From NCBI GenBank assembly GCA_030167865.1, contig JALAGF010001063.1, positions 1-32,618 of the forward strand: a DNA stretch of 32,618 nt, read 5' to 3'. The notes under the pieces were generated by a model. The model saw only the letters and a program-made list of their open reading frames with translations. It was not told where the DNA came from and did not search any database. Source of the DNA: Craspedostauros australis (Eukaryota). Position numbers and translations under genes: made by a program. Positions 1-9,974 of this stretch are shown here, piece by piece (within the stretch, counting starts at the first letter, position 1; every line of letters starts with the position of its first letter).

Positions 1-2
1 AT

Positions 3-2129
3 GAAGAAGAAAAGAACGAGGGAACGGAAGCGAAGGAGGACGAAGGGAAGGAAGGAGAAGAGCCGGGACAGATGGTGGTGGTCATCAACACGGAGGAAGC
101 AATAGGCCAACGAAACCGAAAGAGAGCAGACGTGAGCCCAACGCAAGGAAGCAACAACGAACAGCCAAGCAAGAGGCTGAATGCGGATGAATCGACGGAA
201 GAAAGCAACGAAGCCGCAATGGACAACGACATGGCAAGCACAGACGAGGCAGGCAATGAAACGCAGGTGGAGAACGAGGATACTCAAGACACAATGTCAG
301 TGGGCAATGACGAGGAGACACAAGTGGGCAACAATTCCAATGCCGGGGAACCATGGACAGAAATTGTCCATCCGGTGGTCAATGTGGTAACAAGGAAGCA
401 GGACATAAAGTACTGCGACCTGCAGATCATGGTGAACGGAGGAGCGGGGTCAAGAGATGTCAAGGTGGCAATGGAAGCAGTCATAGGTTCGTGCAAGGAT
501 TTCTTGCGAACCATCCAGCAGGTCAACACAACAGCAAGACTCCTGCCTTGGGACACAAAGGAAGACTACATCCGAATCCATGCTCTGGACGATTTTCCAA
601 AGGACATGACGACTTTGAAGAAATTCTTCAAGGGAGCGAAAGCCCTGTACGGAGCGACAAGAGCCAAGGCGTACTACAAAGTCAGAATCGAATGCGAGGG
701 CAAAGTGAGTGAGATTGCCGAAGAACTCAACGACTTCTTCGCGGTGGAGCAAGGAAGGTTCAGCGTAGCCAAAATCCAGGCACCATCGACGACAACCATC
801 GGATGGCTGCTCTATTCTACCAGACAGGTGGGAGTGGAAGAGCTGGAGGAAGAGCTGACAAAGCGCACGAAGCGACCGGTTGCTACAAACTGGAAAAGGA
901 TCTCTGACGGCACCAAGTTTGATCCAGACCGCAACACGGAGAACGATGCAAGAGCGCTGCATGTGGAGACGGCAACAGAAGACAAAGATGTGGTCACAGA
1001 AACATTGATGCACTACTACGGCACCGAGTCAAGGAAGTTTCCGTTGGGCATCAGAATGCGAATGGTGACACCGCTAGCAGGAATCGTGAACACAGACGTG
1101 AGAAGTGGATGGTTCGCCCTGAGAGAGAGACAAGCAGGGTGGTGCAAAGAAGCACAGGCAGTCACATCTTACGACCTCATCAACGAGACATTGGAGGCAA
1201 TACCAGTGGGGTACAACAAGACCCTACGATCCATGATCATGCAAATTAAGGCGACAACTGGGAATACAAACACGCCATTATTCACTTCAGTGAACAAGAA
1301 GTGGAGAGGGGCCGGGTATGTATTCCAATTCCATCCAGCCAAAGAGATGGAGGCCAAGATGATGATCAAAGGGTTGCTGGTAAGGTTGGTGGCAGAATAC
1401 GGAGTGGGCATGGAGATGTATTTTACATCCCTGGCACGAACGGAAGCCAAAACCATGAAGTGGGATGCGGAGGCAAAGAGAGTGATCTCGGAGAAGGACA
1501 AAGCAGTCGAGGCAGCCTTAGCAGGAGACGACGACATGCATTTCACACAACCAGTGGAAAGTGAAGATGAGAAACCACTAGCGACACGGGAGTGCGATGC
1601 CAGACCAGAGAAAGACTACGGCGACAGTGACACAATCCCTTCACTGCGCAATGCATCCGAATGGAGAAAGATCTCCGAAAGACAAGAAGCCAGGAAGGCG
1701 GCAGCAAGGGAGGCAGAGGAGGACGCGAGCACCATAGCATCAAGGTCGACCTGCAAGACATCAAGGACAGCAGGAACGAGCAAGAGGTTGGTGTCCATTG
1801 AAGCCAAGCTAGCAGAAATGCTGGAGACCCGAACCCAGCGGTCAGCCCTGTCGACATTGTCCGGGAGTACACGGAGGTCCAAAGAAACGGTGAAGAAAGA
1901 GATGAAAGAATTGCGAGAACAGATGGCACAAATGCAAGCGATGATGGCAGCAGCAATGGAGGAAAACAAGGAGCTCAAGGCAAGAGCGAAGGAAGCTCAG
2001 CCGGAGCAGGAAGTAAGGCCACCAGAGGCCCAGCGTGACATAACGGGAAACCCAACGGCCGACAACCCGCGGGACCCGCGCGAAATTGAGGAAGCAGGTG
2101 CTGTGCAAACGGCGCCTGCGAATGGTTGA
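3..2129 (+). CDS. LINE A ORF1 protein (5'-incomplete)
   Basis: The frame is open from position 3 (EEEKNEGTEAKEDEGKEGEEPGQMVV...), so the true start may lie upstream. It has an acidic N-terminus, a globular core homologous to ORF1 of element B (LLPW/ILAW, GWLLYS/GWLFGS, LRSMIM/LREVIM, LFTSV/LFVSV, FHPAKEMEA/FHPKRQVEA), and a coiled-coil-like C-terminus. Confidence 0.88.
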   Translation, partial: EEEKNEGTEAKEDEGKEGEEPGQMVVVINTEEAIGQRNRKRADVSPTQGSNNEQPSKRLNADESTEESNEAAMDNDMASTDEAGNETQVENEDTQDTMSVGNDEETQVGNNSNAGEPWTEIVHPVVNVVTRKQDIKYCDLQIMVNGGAGSRDVKVAMEAVIGSCKDFLRTIQQVNTTARLLPWDTKEDYIRIHALDDFPKDMTTLKKFFKGAKALYGATRAKAYYKVRIECEGKVSEIAEELNDFFAVEQGRFSVAKIQAPSTTTIGWLLYSTRQVGVEELEEELTKRTKRPVATNWKRISDGTKFDPDRNTENDARALHVETATEDKDVVTETLMHYYGTESRKFPLGIRMRMVTPLAGIVNTDVRSGWFALRERQAGWCKEAQAVTSYDLINETLEAIPVGYNKTLRSMIMQIKATTGNTNTPLFTSVNKKWRGAGYVFQFHPAKEMEAKMMIKGLLVRLVAEYGVGMEMYFTSLARTEAKTMKWDAEAKRVISEKDKAVEAALAGDDDMHFTQPVESEDEKPLATRECDARPEKDYGDSDTIPSLRNASEWRKISERQEARKAAAREAEEDASTIASRSTCKTSRTAGTSKRLVSIEAKLAEMLETRTQRSALSTLSGSTRRSKETVKKEMKELREQMAQMQAMMAAAMEENKELKARAKEAQPEQEVRPPEAQRDITGNPTADNPRDPREIEEAGAVQTAPANG

Positions 2130-5100
2130 GCAGAGAGGGCAGGGTCGACCGCTGGTGGAGGCACAGCAGAATGACCTGAGCCCAAATGCTCCTGCGGACG
2201 CATACGATATACCGCATCGCAGCGGCTGCAGCAATGAGGGAAGTAAGGAGGAAGGGTGCGAAGATAGATTGGGGGATATGATGATGAGGAAGAGGCAAGG
2301 AAGGCTGAGGATTGGCATGCAGAACTTCGGAGGGTTCCGTAGGGTGCCAAGCAACGTGGATGAAGGATTAAAGCAATGGATGAACGAAGGCGAGTTTGAT
2401 GTGTTTGGGATAACTGAGGTGAACGTCGATTGGCGAGGAGTACAGGAAGAGGCGCGACTGAAACATCGAATAAGAGAGTGGTGGCCAACGGGGACCACAC
2501 AAGCAACAACAGCGAACAACACCAACGACGAAGTGATGAGAAGCAAACAATGGGGAGGAACTGCAATTGTTAGCCGATACCAAGCGGCTATAAGGATGGC
2601 CAAGGCTGGGTGGGACGATGCGAATTTAGGGCGATGGGTGTGGCAGCTGTACCGAGGAGCAAAGAAGCAACGACTACGCGTGGTGGTGGCATACAGACCT
2701 TGTCGGCCACGAACAAAAGGAGTCTTGAACACGTATGCACAGCAGCGAAAATATTACAACGAAAAAGGCAAAGACGTGGAACCAAGAAATCGCATGCTGG
2801 AGGACCTGGAAAAGCAGGTCAAGGAATGGAGCGCTCTCGGCGACCACATCGTGGTGATGATGGACTGCAACGAAGACACCCGGTCGAAAAGGATCATGGA
2901 ATTCCTGCAGAACACGGATATGGTTAACGCGATGGACGCAAACGAAAATGAAGCCGGTGCTACAGCAACACATCGGCTTGGGAAAAAGCCCATAGACGGG
3001 ATATTCGTGACGCGGTCCATCAAAGTGGAGAGAGCCGGGTTGACCAGGTGGGATGAAGGGATTCAGGAAAGATGCGCAGACCACCGGTGCCTGTGGCTGG
3101 AAGTAAGCATGGCAGGAGTACTGGGGCAAGAAATGCCACCGTTACGAAGGGCAGTAGCGCGAAGAGTGAAGACAGAGGACCCGAGGATCGTCGAAAAATT
3201 TAATGACGAATATGAGAGACATCTGAGCCAGCACAATGCGAGGGAGAGAGCAATCACACTAGAGCGACGAACGAAGGAAGGATGGGACGAGCAGATGGAG
3301 AAAGAGGCAGAAGCGCTGGATGACATACGAGTATCGGGGATTTGGAAAGCTGACAGAAGGTGCAGGAAGCTTCGAATGGGAGGCATTCCATACTCTAGAG
3401 AGTACAAGCAGATTGAGGCGAGGATCGGGCTATGGAATAACATTAGCAGGAAGCAGGCAGGCAGGAAGGTGTCAACATCCCTGTTGCAGAGACAAGCCAA
3501 ACGAGCTAAGGAGGACCGAAGGATAGCAGAGATGGTGAGAATGGAAGCGAAAGACGTGCGACAAGAACAGACAAAGGCATACGACGCGCTCAAAATATTC
3601 CGAAAAAGAGCAACAGAGTCGCGAAGCGAGTGGCTGGAGAGGATAGCAACCGCGAGGGCGAAAAAGGAGGAGAGTGCGCAAGGTAGACCAAAGAAAATGA
3701 AGAAAAACAGAGGGCAACGGACAGCATCACAGCTGCAGCAACTGCGAAGGAAAGAAGCAGTGCGAGCGATGTACCGACGAATCAGGCAAGCATCCGGCGG
3801 CGATGGAGCTGGGGGAATATCAATGGTTATTGCACCCAACGCTCACGGAGTATGGGAAGAGCGAACAGAGCAAGGAGGAATTGAAAGAGGTTGCATGGAA
3901 GAGAACCAGCGCAGGTTCCGGCAAACGGAGAATACACCCTTTATGTACGGAGAACTGGCACGGGACTTCGGATTCCTCGGCACGTCGGACGCAGCACAAG
4001 CTACATTACGAGGACAGTACAGTGTGTCGAAATGGGTGGATGTAGGAGCGCGGAAGCTCATCGAAGGACTACAGACGGTGGCGACCAACGACATACCGGC
4101 AGGGATGACAACGGATGAGTTCCAAGCCGGATGGGACAAGTGCAAAGAAGACACATCGGCAGGACCGTCAGGGCTGCATTTTGGGCACTTCAAGGCCATA
4201 GCGAAGCGTCGGAGCAATTCAGAATTCGAAGCAAGTATGTCGTCGATTGCAATGAAGTCGGGGTATTCGTACAAGAGATGGAAACAAGGGGTGGACGTGG
4301 AACTCATGAAGAAAGCCAATAGCTACCGAGTGGACAAGCTACGGACAATTGTGCTCTTCGAAGCAGACTTCAACTTCTGCAACAAAGCGATCGGCAGGAA
4401 GGCTGCGGTGCAAGCCGAAAAACAGCACGGTTTCGCAGAGGAACAATACGGGAGTCGAAAGGGACACAAGGCAGTCGAGCACGCCCTCAACAAGCAGTTG
4501 ACGCTTGACTGGTTGCGACAAACCAGGACGCCGGGGCTGCTGTGCTCGAACGACTTAAAGAGCTGTTACGATAGGATTGTACACTCGATCGCATCCATGG
4601 GATTGCAACGACAAGGAGTGGCCCAAACGGAAGTGCGAAGCATGTTCACGACACTGCAGCAGCTGGAACATTACATCAGAACTGTGTATGGCGATTCCAC
4701 CGCGGCATACAGCGGGCGACATAACCGGGTGCCTATGCAAGGAATCTACCAAGGCAACGGGGCCGGACCAGTGATATGGGCTGTCATATCATCCCCGATG
4801 CTCGACATCATGAGAAAAGAAGGTCATATGGCGCACTTCGAAACAGCAACGAGCAACCAGACGGTCGGGATTGTCGGATACGCGTTCGTTGACGATACGG
4901 ATTTGGTGGTAAATGCAAGAAACGGCGAAAGGATAGAGGATGCCGTGGAAAGGATGCAGAATAGCGTGGACGAATGGGAGCGATTGGTGCGGGCGACAGG
5001 TGGGGCGCTGGTGGTTGAAAAAAGCATGTGGTGGGCAATCGACTTCGCGTGGCAGCAGAACGGAGAATGGAGGTATGCCACAAATGCCGAAGTGCCGGCG

Positions 5101-7914
5101 ACGATATCCATGCGAGGCAACAGCGACAGCAGACAGAATATGCCGCGAAGCGAGGCACATGAGGCTTTCGAGACCCTCGGGGTGCGGCTGGCCCCAGACG
5201 GCAACGGCAGGGCGATACATGAGGCGATGGCATCAAAAGCGAGAGGGTGGGCGGAGAAGGTCCGTACCAAACGCATACGCAAACAGGATGCGACAGCGGC
5301 GATGAGCACGGTTCTGCTAAAAAAGCTGGAGTACGTTCTACCAGTAGCACAACTCTCAGAGCAGGAATGCAGAGCGGTGATGCAGCCGGTATGGAAAGTG
5401 ATGATGTCCAAAATGGGTTACAATCGTGGTTTCCCGAGGGCAATGATCAACGCTGCGGCAGGTCAGTTAGGGGCTGACATACACGAGCTCCATACAACCC
5501 AAGTAATGGAGCACATTACAATGGTGATGGAGCATGGCGAGCGCGATACCATGACAGGGCGGCTGTTAAGAGGGTCGATGGAGGCGATGAAAGTCGAGAT
5601 AGGAACGGGCAAGCCGCTCTTCGAGATGGATGTCCGAAAGTGGGGGTTCCTGGCTACAGAATGTTGGATCAAGACAGTGTGGCAGGAAGCTCAAGAATAC
5701 GGGATTAGCATCTGCGAAAAGACCGAAGGGGCAAGGAAGGTACGACGGAATGACAGGTGGCTGATGGAGGAGCTAGACAGGCTGGGGTACACCAAAGATC
5801 AGTTGAGGCGAATCAACCGGTGCAGGATATTGATGAAAGTCATGACTGTGGATGATGTTCGCGGCGGCGAGGAAGTATTGCGATGGCACACAGAACGAGG
5901 ACGGTGGAGCGGGCGGCGACACATTCGATGGCCGAGGCAAGGTGCAGTACCGGATGCCGACTGGTCTCTGTGGCGACGAGCGGTAGCAATGGCACGCGGC
6001 AGCAGCACGGATCAAGGAGATGCAGAAGCACGCAGGTGGTACGCAGTGTGGAATTCGTCGAAACAGAAAGTTTGGACGTTGGCAGCGGAACACGAGTGGG
6101 AGGAATGGGAAGCGAGCGAAGGAGACGTCGCAGGGATGCAGGGGTTCCGACGAGCTCGCGAAACGGTGTCATCAGAGGAGGTCCACGGGAGAGAGGTGAA
6201 ATTGCGAGAGGCGAACGGCAAAGTGTACGTGGTCGAAGTAGGACGAAGGGCGCATGTGCAGACGAAAGAGAGAGCAGGACGAGATCCTGGAAATGATTTA
6301 GGGGAATGGATCCATGCCGTACAGCAAGGACGGGCGGTGATAAGCACAGATGGGTCATTCAAGGATGGAAGGAGCACAGCGGCGTTCTCGCTCAATGTTA
6401 GAGGACGACGCGAAGGCTACCTTCGGATGGCAGGCGACGTGTTGGGGCGACCAGAGGTGCAGAGCGCCTATCGGGCAGAGCTAGGGGGCATTTATTACGC
6501 CCTGAAGACTGCACGGGAGGTGGTAAGCCGGCAGAAGCGAGGGTGGTCAGAGCAAGCGGCAATCGTGGTCGCATGCGACAACCGAATGGCAGGGATCCAT
6601 GCCATTGAGTACGATAGGGACGTACCAGTGAAGGCCCAGCATTTTGACCTGCTGCGGGCGATCCGCCGAGAGCAACGAATGATGCCGGTGAAGCTGGTGT
6701 ATCGACATGTGTATGGGCATCAGCTGGAGAGGGCCAGAGGAGTCAAGATTGATGAGTTCTCGTACTGGAACGATGATGTGGACAGGATGGCAGGGGAAGA
6801 GCAAGGCAGAGGGCAGCCGGCAAAGGATGCAGAGTTGCACGACAGCGAATGGTCTGTGTGGATTGGCCATGACAAGATATGTGTGAACGCCAAGGATACT
6901 GTTCGCGAGCATGTGCAACGGCAGAAGACGGAGAGGTGGCAGCAGCGCGCTGGCAAGATGGATCGGGAAGGCATGAGTGACGTCGACGGCCAGTCTATAC
7001 GGGCGGCGTTGAAAGGGCTGGGCGGCAACCGGAGACGCTGGGTGGTAAAGCATGCCGCGCACTTCGGGCCAGTTGGACGGAATATGCGGAAGTGGAAGTT
7101 CTGGGGTGATGGTTTGTGCCCAGTGTGCAAGGCGGAGGAGGAAGACACTGCTCATGTGATGAGGTGTCAGCACCCGGCTGCAGTACAGGTACGAAACACG
7201 GCCCTCGCGAAGTGGGAGGACTCTATGCGAACGCAAGGAGGGGACCCGCGCATGGTGCGAGAGATTGTCCGGCAGGTTCGTATGTGGTCGGACGGCACAG
7301 AATCGGAGCCGCAAGGGTGGTCCGACGTGCACCGGGCAGCAGTGGCACAAGGCAAGATCGGGTGGGACAAGATGGTGCTAGGTAGGTGGTCGAGGCAGTG
7401 GCGGCAGGTCCAGGCTGAAACGATGCGCAGCATGGGGGCACGAGGTACGGCCACGAACTGGATCGGGAGAGCGATCGCAGGGTTGTGGGAAGTGCGGTGG
7501 GCTGCCTGGCAAGCGCGTAATATGGCGCTGCACGACGATGAGGCCTGGAAGAAGCAAACCATGAGAGAGAGGCAAGCACAGGTCGAGGTTACTGCCACTT
7601 GGAATCAAGGCAGCGACGGCCTACAACAGAGGGACGTCGGTCTGATGAAGAACACCAGCGAGGAGCAAATCCGGAGAATGCCGGTGGATGAGCAACTAGC
7701 ATGGGTGCGGCACGTGGCGGCGGCTCGGATAGGATCGGCGGCCGCAAGAGTGCGACGGGCACAGGCAAGGGAGGAGGCGACGATCGAATGCGATGATGGT
7801 CGGCAAGGCAACGGGCGAGTGGGGGAGGATAACGGCAGAAGGAGGAGGCAGACGAGGAAGCGCGCCAGCAGTCTCCAGTTAGGGAGAGCAAGGTGTAAGC
7901 AAGCGAGGAGGTGA
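2122..7914 (+). CDS. LINE A ORF2 polyprotein: APE endonuclease, reverse transcriptase, RNase H, CCHC knuckle
   Basis: APE motifs: QNFGG, GITEVN, VVVAYRP, MDCNED, PIDGIF, ADHRCL. RT motifs: GPSG, KLRTIVL, QYGSR, DLKSCYD, QGNGAGP, FVDD (4885-4896), LGV. RNase H motifs: STDGSF (~6349), SAYRAELGGI, ACDN, HVYGHQ, NDDVDRMA. Knuckle: CPVC-x8-H-x3-C (7117-7167). The first ATG at 2122 overlaps the ORF1 stop. Confidence 0.95.
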   Translation: MVEQRGQGRPLVEAQQNDLSPNAPADAYDIPHRSGCSNEGSKEEGCEDRLGDMMMRKRQGRLRIGMQNFGGFRRVPSNVDEGLKQWMNEGEFDVFGITEVNVDWRGVQEEARLKHRIREWWPTGTTQATTANNTNDEVMRSKQWGGTAIVSRYQAAIRMAKAGWDDANLGRWVWQLYRGAKKQRLRVVVAYRPCRPRTKGVLNTYAQQRKYYNEKGKDVEPRNRMLEDLEKQVKEWSALGDHIVVMMDCNEDTRSKRIMEFLQNTDMVNAMDANENEAGATATHRLGKKPIDGIFVTRSIKVERAGLTRWDEGIQERCADHRCLWLEVSMAGVLGQEMPPLRRAVARRVKTEDPRIVEKFNDEYERHLSQHNARERAITLERRTKEGWDEQMEKEAEALDDIRVSGIWKADRRCRKLRMGGIPYSREYKQIEARIGLWNNISRKQAGRKVSTSLLQRQAKRAKEDRRIAEMVRMEAKDVRQEQTKAYDALKIFRKRATESRSEWLERIATARAKKEESAQGRPKKMKKNRGQRTASQLQQLRRKEAVRAMYRRIRQASGGDGAGGISMVIAPNAHGVWEERTEQGGIERGCMEENQRRFRQTENTPFMYGELARDFGFLGTSDAAQATLRGQYSVSKWVDVGARKLIEGLQTVATNDIPAGMTTDEFQAGWDKCKEDTSAGPSGLHFGHFKAIAKRRSNSEFEASMSSIAMKSGYSYKRWKQGVDVELMKKANSYRVDKLRTIVLFEADFNFCNKAIGRKAAVQAEKQHGFAEEQYGSRKGHKAVEHALNKQLTLDWLRQTRTPGLLCSNDLKSCYDRIVHSIASMGLQRQGVAQTEVRSMFTTLQQLEHYIRTVYGDSTAAYSGRHNRVPMQGIYQGNGAGPVIWAVISSPMLDIMRKEGHMAHFETATSNQTVGIVGYAFVDDTDLVVNARNGERIEDAVERMQNSVDEWERLVRATGGALVVEKSMWWAIDFAWQQNGEWRYATNAEVPATISMRGNSDSRQNMPRSEAHEAFETLGVRLAPDGNGRAIHEAMASKARGWAEKVRTKRIRKQDATAAMSTVLLKKLEYVLPVAQLSEQECRAVMQPVWKVMMSKMGYNRGFPRAMINAAAGQLGADIHELHTTQVMEHITMVMEHGERDTMTGRLLRGSMEAMKVEIGTGKPLFEMDVRKWGFLATECWIKTVWQEAQEYGISICEKTEGARKVRRNDRWLMEELDRLGYTKDQLRRINRCRILMKVMTVDDVRGGEEVLRWHTERGRWSGRRHIRWPRQGAVPDADWSLWRRAVAMARGSSTDQGDAEARRWYAVWNSSKQKVWTLAAEHEWEEWEASEGDVAGMQGFRRARETVSSEEVHGREVKLREANGKVYVVEVGRRAHVQTKERAGRDPGNDLGEWIHAVQQGRAVISTDGSFKDGRSTAAFSLNVRGRREGYLRMAGDVLGRPEVQSAYRAELGGIYYALKTAREVVSRQKRGWSEQAAIVVACDNRMAGIHAIEYDRDVPVKAQHFDLLRAIRREQRMMPVKLVYRHVYGHQLERARGVKIDEFSYWNDDVDRMAGEEQGRGQPAKDAELHDSEWSVWIGHDKICVNAKDTVREHVQRQKTERWQQRAGKMDREGMSDVDGQSIRAALKGLGGNRRRWVVKHAAHFGPVGRNMRKWKFWGDGLCPVCKAEEEDTAHVMRCQHPAAVQVRNTALAKWEDSMRTQGGDPRMVREIVRQVRMWSDGTESEPQGWSDVHRAAVAQGKIGWDKMVLGRWSRQWRQVQAETMRSMGARGTATNWIGRAIAGLWEVRWAAWQARNMALHDDEAWKKQTMRERQAQVEVTATWNQGSDGLQQRDVGLMKNTSEEQIRRMPVDEQLAWVRHVAAARIGSAAARVRRAQAREEATIECDDGRQGNGRVGEDNGRRRRQTRKRASSLQLGRARCKQARR

Positions 7915-8039
7915 CGCGGGAATACATGCAAGAGTGAAGTGCACGGCGGATATGATATCGGGTGCCCAGTGCGGTACGTTTTATGTGACCCACGGTGATG
8001 GCAAGCTGTGGAAGGCAAGGATGTGAGATACTTGCAGCA

Positions 8040-8144
8040 GTCGTTCTAGCACGATCGGCCGTTAGGGCTCGTCGGACGCAGGCGACTTTAAAGCCTTCGA
8101 GGCAACCTTGTGCGCAAGGGATAGTCAGTGTGTTATTATTATTA
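8040..8144 (+). other. Structured 3'-terminal RNA element and (TTA)4 tail of LINE A
   Basis: Stem GTCGTT/GGCGAC (8040-8086), hairpin GCC-TTCGA-GGC (8093-8103), hairpin CCTTG-TGCG-CAAGG (8106-8119), then TCAGTGTG(TTA)4. The order matches element B. Confidence 0.7.
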
Positions 8145-8820
8145 GAGTACACAGAATAGTCGCAGTCGATAAAGTACAAGTGCACCAATCTCTAGATGGT
8201 ATTCTACTCTCTTGCTTCGAATGCGTTCCACCGACCTTCATAAGTCACAATTTCTGTATCTTCATGATATGATACCATGTTCTAAGTACGTACGAAGCTG
8301 TGATTCGTTTGGCTTGGACAAGCACGAGCGATTACCGCGCGCTTCCTTTCTTGTTTGTTCGACGAAGTGTCCGATTTCAATGGCAACAGGACCAAGACAG
8401 AGAACAACGCGCGATTACAGGTGCAAGAACAAAGAGGAGGGTGAGACAACGATCAAACTGCGATACGCACACAAAATCCTCGCATGGTGTCACCATCCCC
8501 GTTCTGGTGTGAGGTGCTGAGGGTCACCACGGCATTTCCCTCCATCACGAGAGCAAGAAGAAAAGGGGCAACCAAGAAAAGATCTTTTGCGATCAGGGGA
8601 CTACTCGTTGAGCGCGTGGAAGCGTTCTGCTATTGCACAATACTCCCTGGAGATCGTATTCTGTTCAAATTGACGCCACGAGCACACAAAACTCAAACGC
8701 TCGCAACTGAAGGCTTCGGCACCATACCTAACTGCACTCTCCCATTCCATTCCGTCCACCATGAGCCGAAGTATCTCAAAGGCAAGTTGCAGCTCACTCT
8801 CCGGACTGTTCGGAACACGC

Positions 8821-9573
8821 ATGATGAAGAAGATCGTCCTCGCGCAGTTGGTCCTTGTATCGGGCGGCGCTGGCAGTGCCAACGGTGTCATGCGAACTGC
8901 TGCTGCGTTCGCCCCGAATCGTTCGCATGGTGCTGCCTCTCCGCATTCAAAGAGATCCACCGTTGCATCATCCACCAACCCCGGCCTTCTTTCTCGATCT
9001 ACTCGTCTCGTCGGCCAAAACTTCCACGGACTTCGTTCCCCCACCAACCCACCTTCCTGGCGACTGCAGCTGAGCCTTGATGATCCTCCGATTGTTCCTG
9101 CCATGGATCCGAAACGCCTCGATATGCTCCAGCGCGGTATCGTGGATCCCATCACGGAGGTGCAGTACCTCCTCACGGTCCGGCATCCCGGGTTCGAGGA
9201 GCTCCGCAAGAAGACCTGCGATCCCGAGACGCCTCTCAACATTGCCGAATTCATGGGGCAGCTCCTGCAGCTCTACAAGGACGAGAGCTGCCTCGCCCAG
9301 CTCCGCAAGGTCTACCCATCGATCGAGACCACCCCCATCATCGTCTACGTCATCTTCCGCACCATGCAGGTCTGCTCCGTCCTGCAGAACACCGAGTTTT
9401 GGAAGGCCGACGTCGCCGACGCCAAGCTCGACGAGATCCTCGAGGTCGCTCCGGATGATTGCAAGGACGGTTTGAAGGAGACTCGCCAGATGTTGTTGGA
9501 ACTTGCGGGCGACATGGACATGGCGGCCTTCATTGACGCCATGTACGGCATAGACCCCGCCAAGTACAAATAG
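8821..9573 (+). CDS. Hypothetical protein with probable bipartite (signal + transit) plastid-targeting presequence
   Basis: MMKKIVLAQLVLVSGG...RTAAA|FAP resembles the ASAFAP motif and is followed by an S/R/T-rich stretch lacking acidic residues. The C-terminal helical-looking domain has strongly C/G-ending codons. No family recognised. Confidence 0.65.
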   Translation: MMKKIVLAQLVLVSGGAGSANGVMRTAAAFAPNRSHGAASPHSKRSTVASSTNPGLLSRSTRLVGQNFHGLRSPTNPPSWRLQLSLDDPPIVPAMDPKRLDMLQRGIVDPITEVQYLLTVRHPGFEELRKKTCDPETPLNIAEFMGQLLQLYKDESCLAQLRKVYPSIETTPIIVYVIFRTMQVCSVLQNTEFWKADVADAKLDEILEVAPDDCKDGLKETRQMLLELAGDMDMAAFIDAMYGIDPAKYK

Positions 9574-9974
9574 GCTGGTGGGCACGGAGGGCTGGGCAGC
9601 ATACGTCACAGAACGAGGATTTTGGGAACGGCGAAACGATGCCATCGAATGAAATCAAATGGGGATCAAGGCTCCGGCTGTTGAAGAAGGGGAGGGGAAA
9701 TGGCTGCGTTGTCTGTCAGACGCTCTCGCACAGGGCGGTCGTCTGGCCAGGGACGCGCACGAGACACAGATGCTAGCCAGGGGATTCGGGGAGAGCAGTG
9801 CAGCACATGCGCATCTGCTTGACTTTGGGACGGAGTCAGGACAGCCAGCCAGGGGCTGGAAGCAGGAAAGCTGGAGACGAGTAGTCGTACCGGGCGTCAA
9901 TCACACCAGCCATTCACTACATCGCCATCACACTAATAGTACCTGCACTGATTCTCTACTTATCTGTACCTGTC

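Larger units (their letters stand above)
1..8144 (+). mobile_element. Non-LTR retrotransposon (LINE) A, Ambal-like; 5' end outside the window
   Basis: Contains ORF1, ORF2 (APE-RT-RNase H-CCHC) and a 230-nt 3' UTR ending in (TTA)4 at 8133-8144, the same terminus as element B. The sense strand is strongly A/G-rich. The Ambal assignment rests on recalled domain architecture, not a search. Confidence 0.93.

Noticed and set aside
2086-7914. Prokaryotic RT system (group II intron, retron, DGR)
   Set aside because: The APE domain, ORF1, CCHC, tandem-repeat tail and TSD are diagnostic of eukaryotic non-LTR retrotransposons.
8143-8152. GAGTAC next to the A tail versus GTACTC at the B target, as a shared target motif
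   Set aside because: The orientations are opposite, there are only two sites, and a 6-mer match is expected by chance.
450-8188. Many antisense ORFs over LINE A (and likewise over LINE B)
   Set aside because: They are by-products of biased composition opposite long coding frames and carry no motifs.
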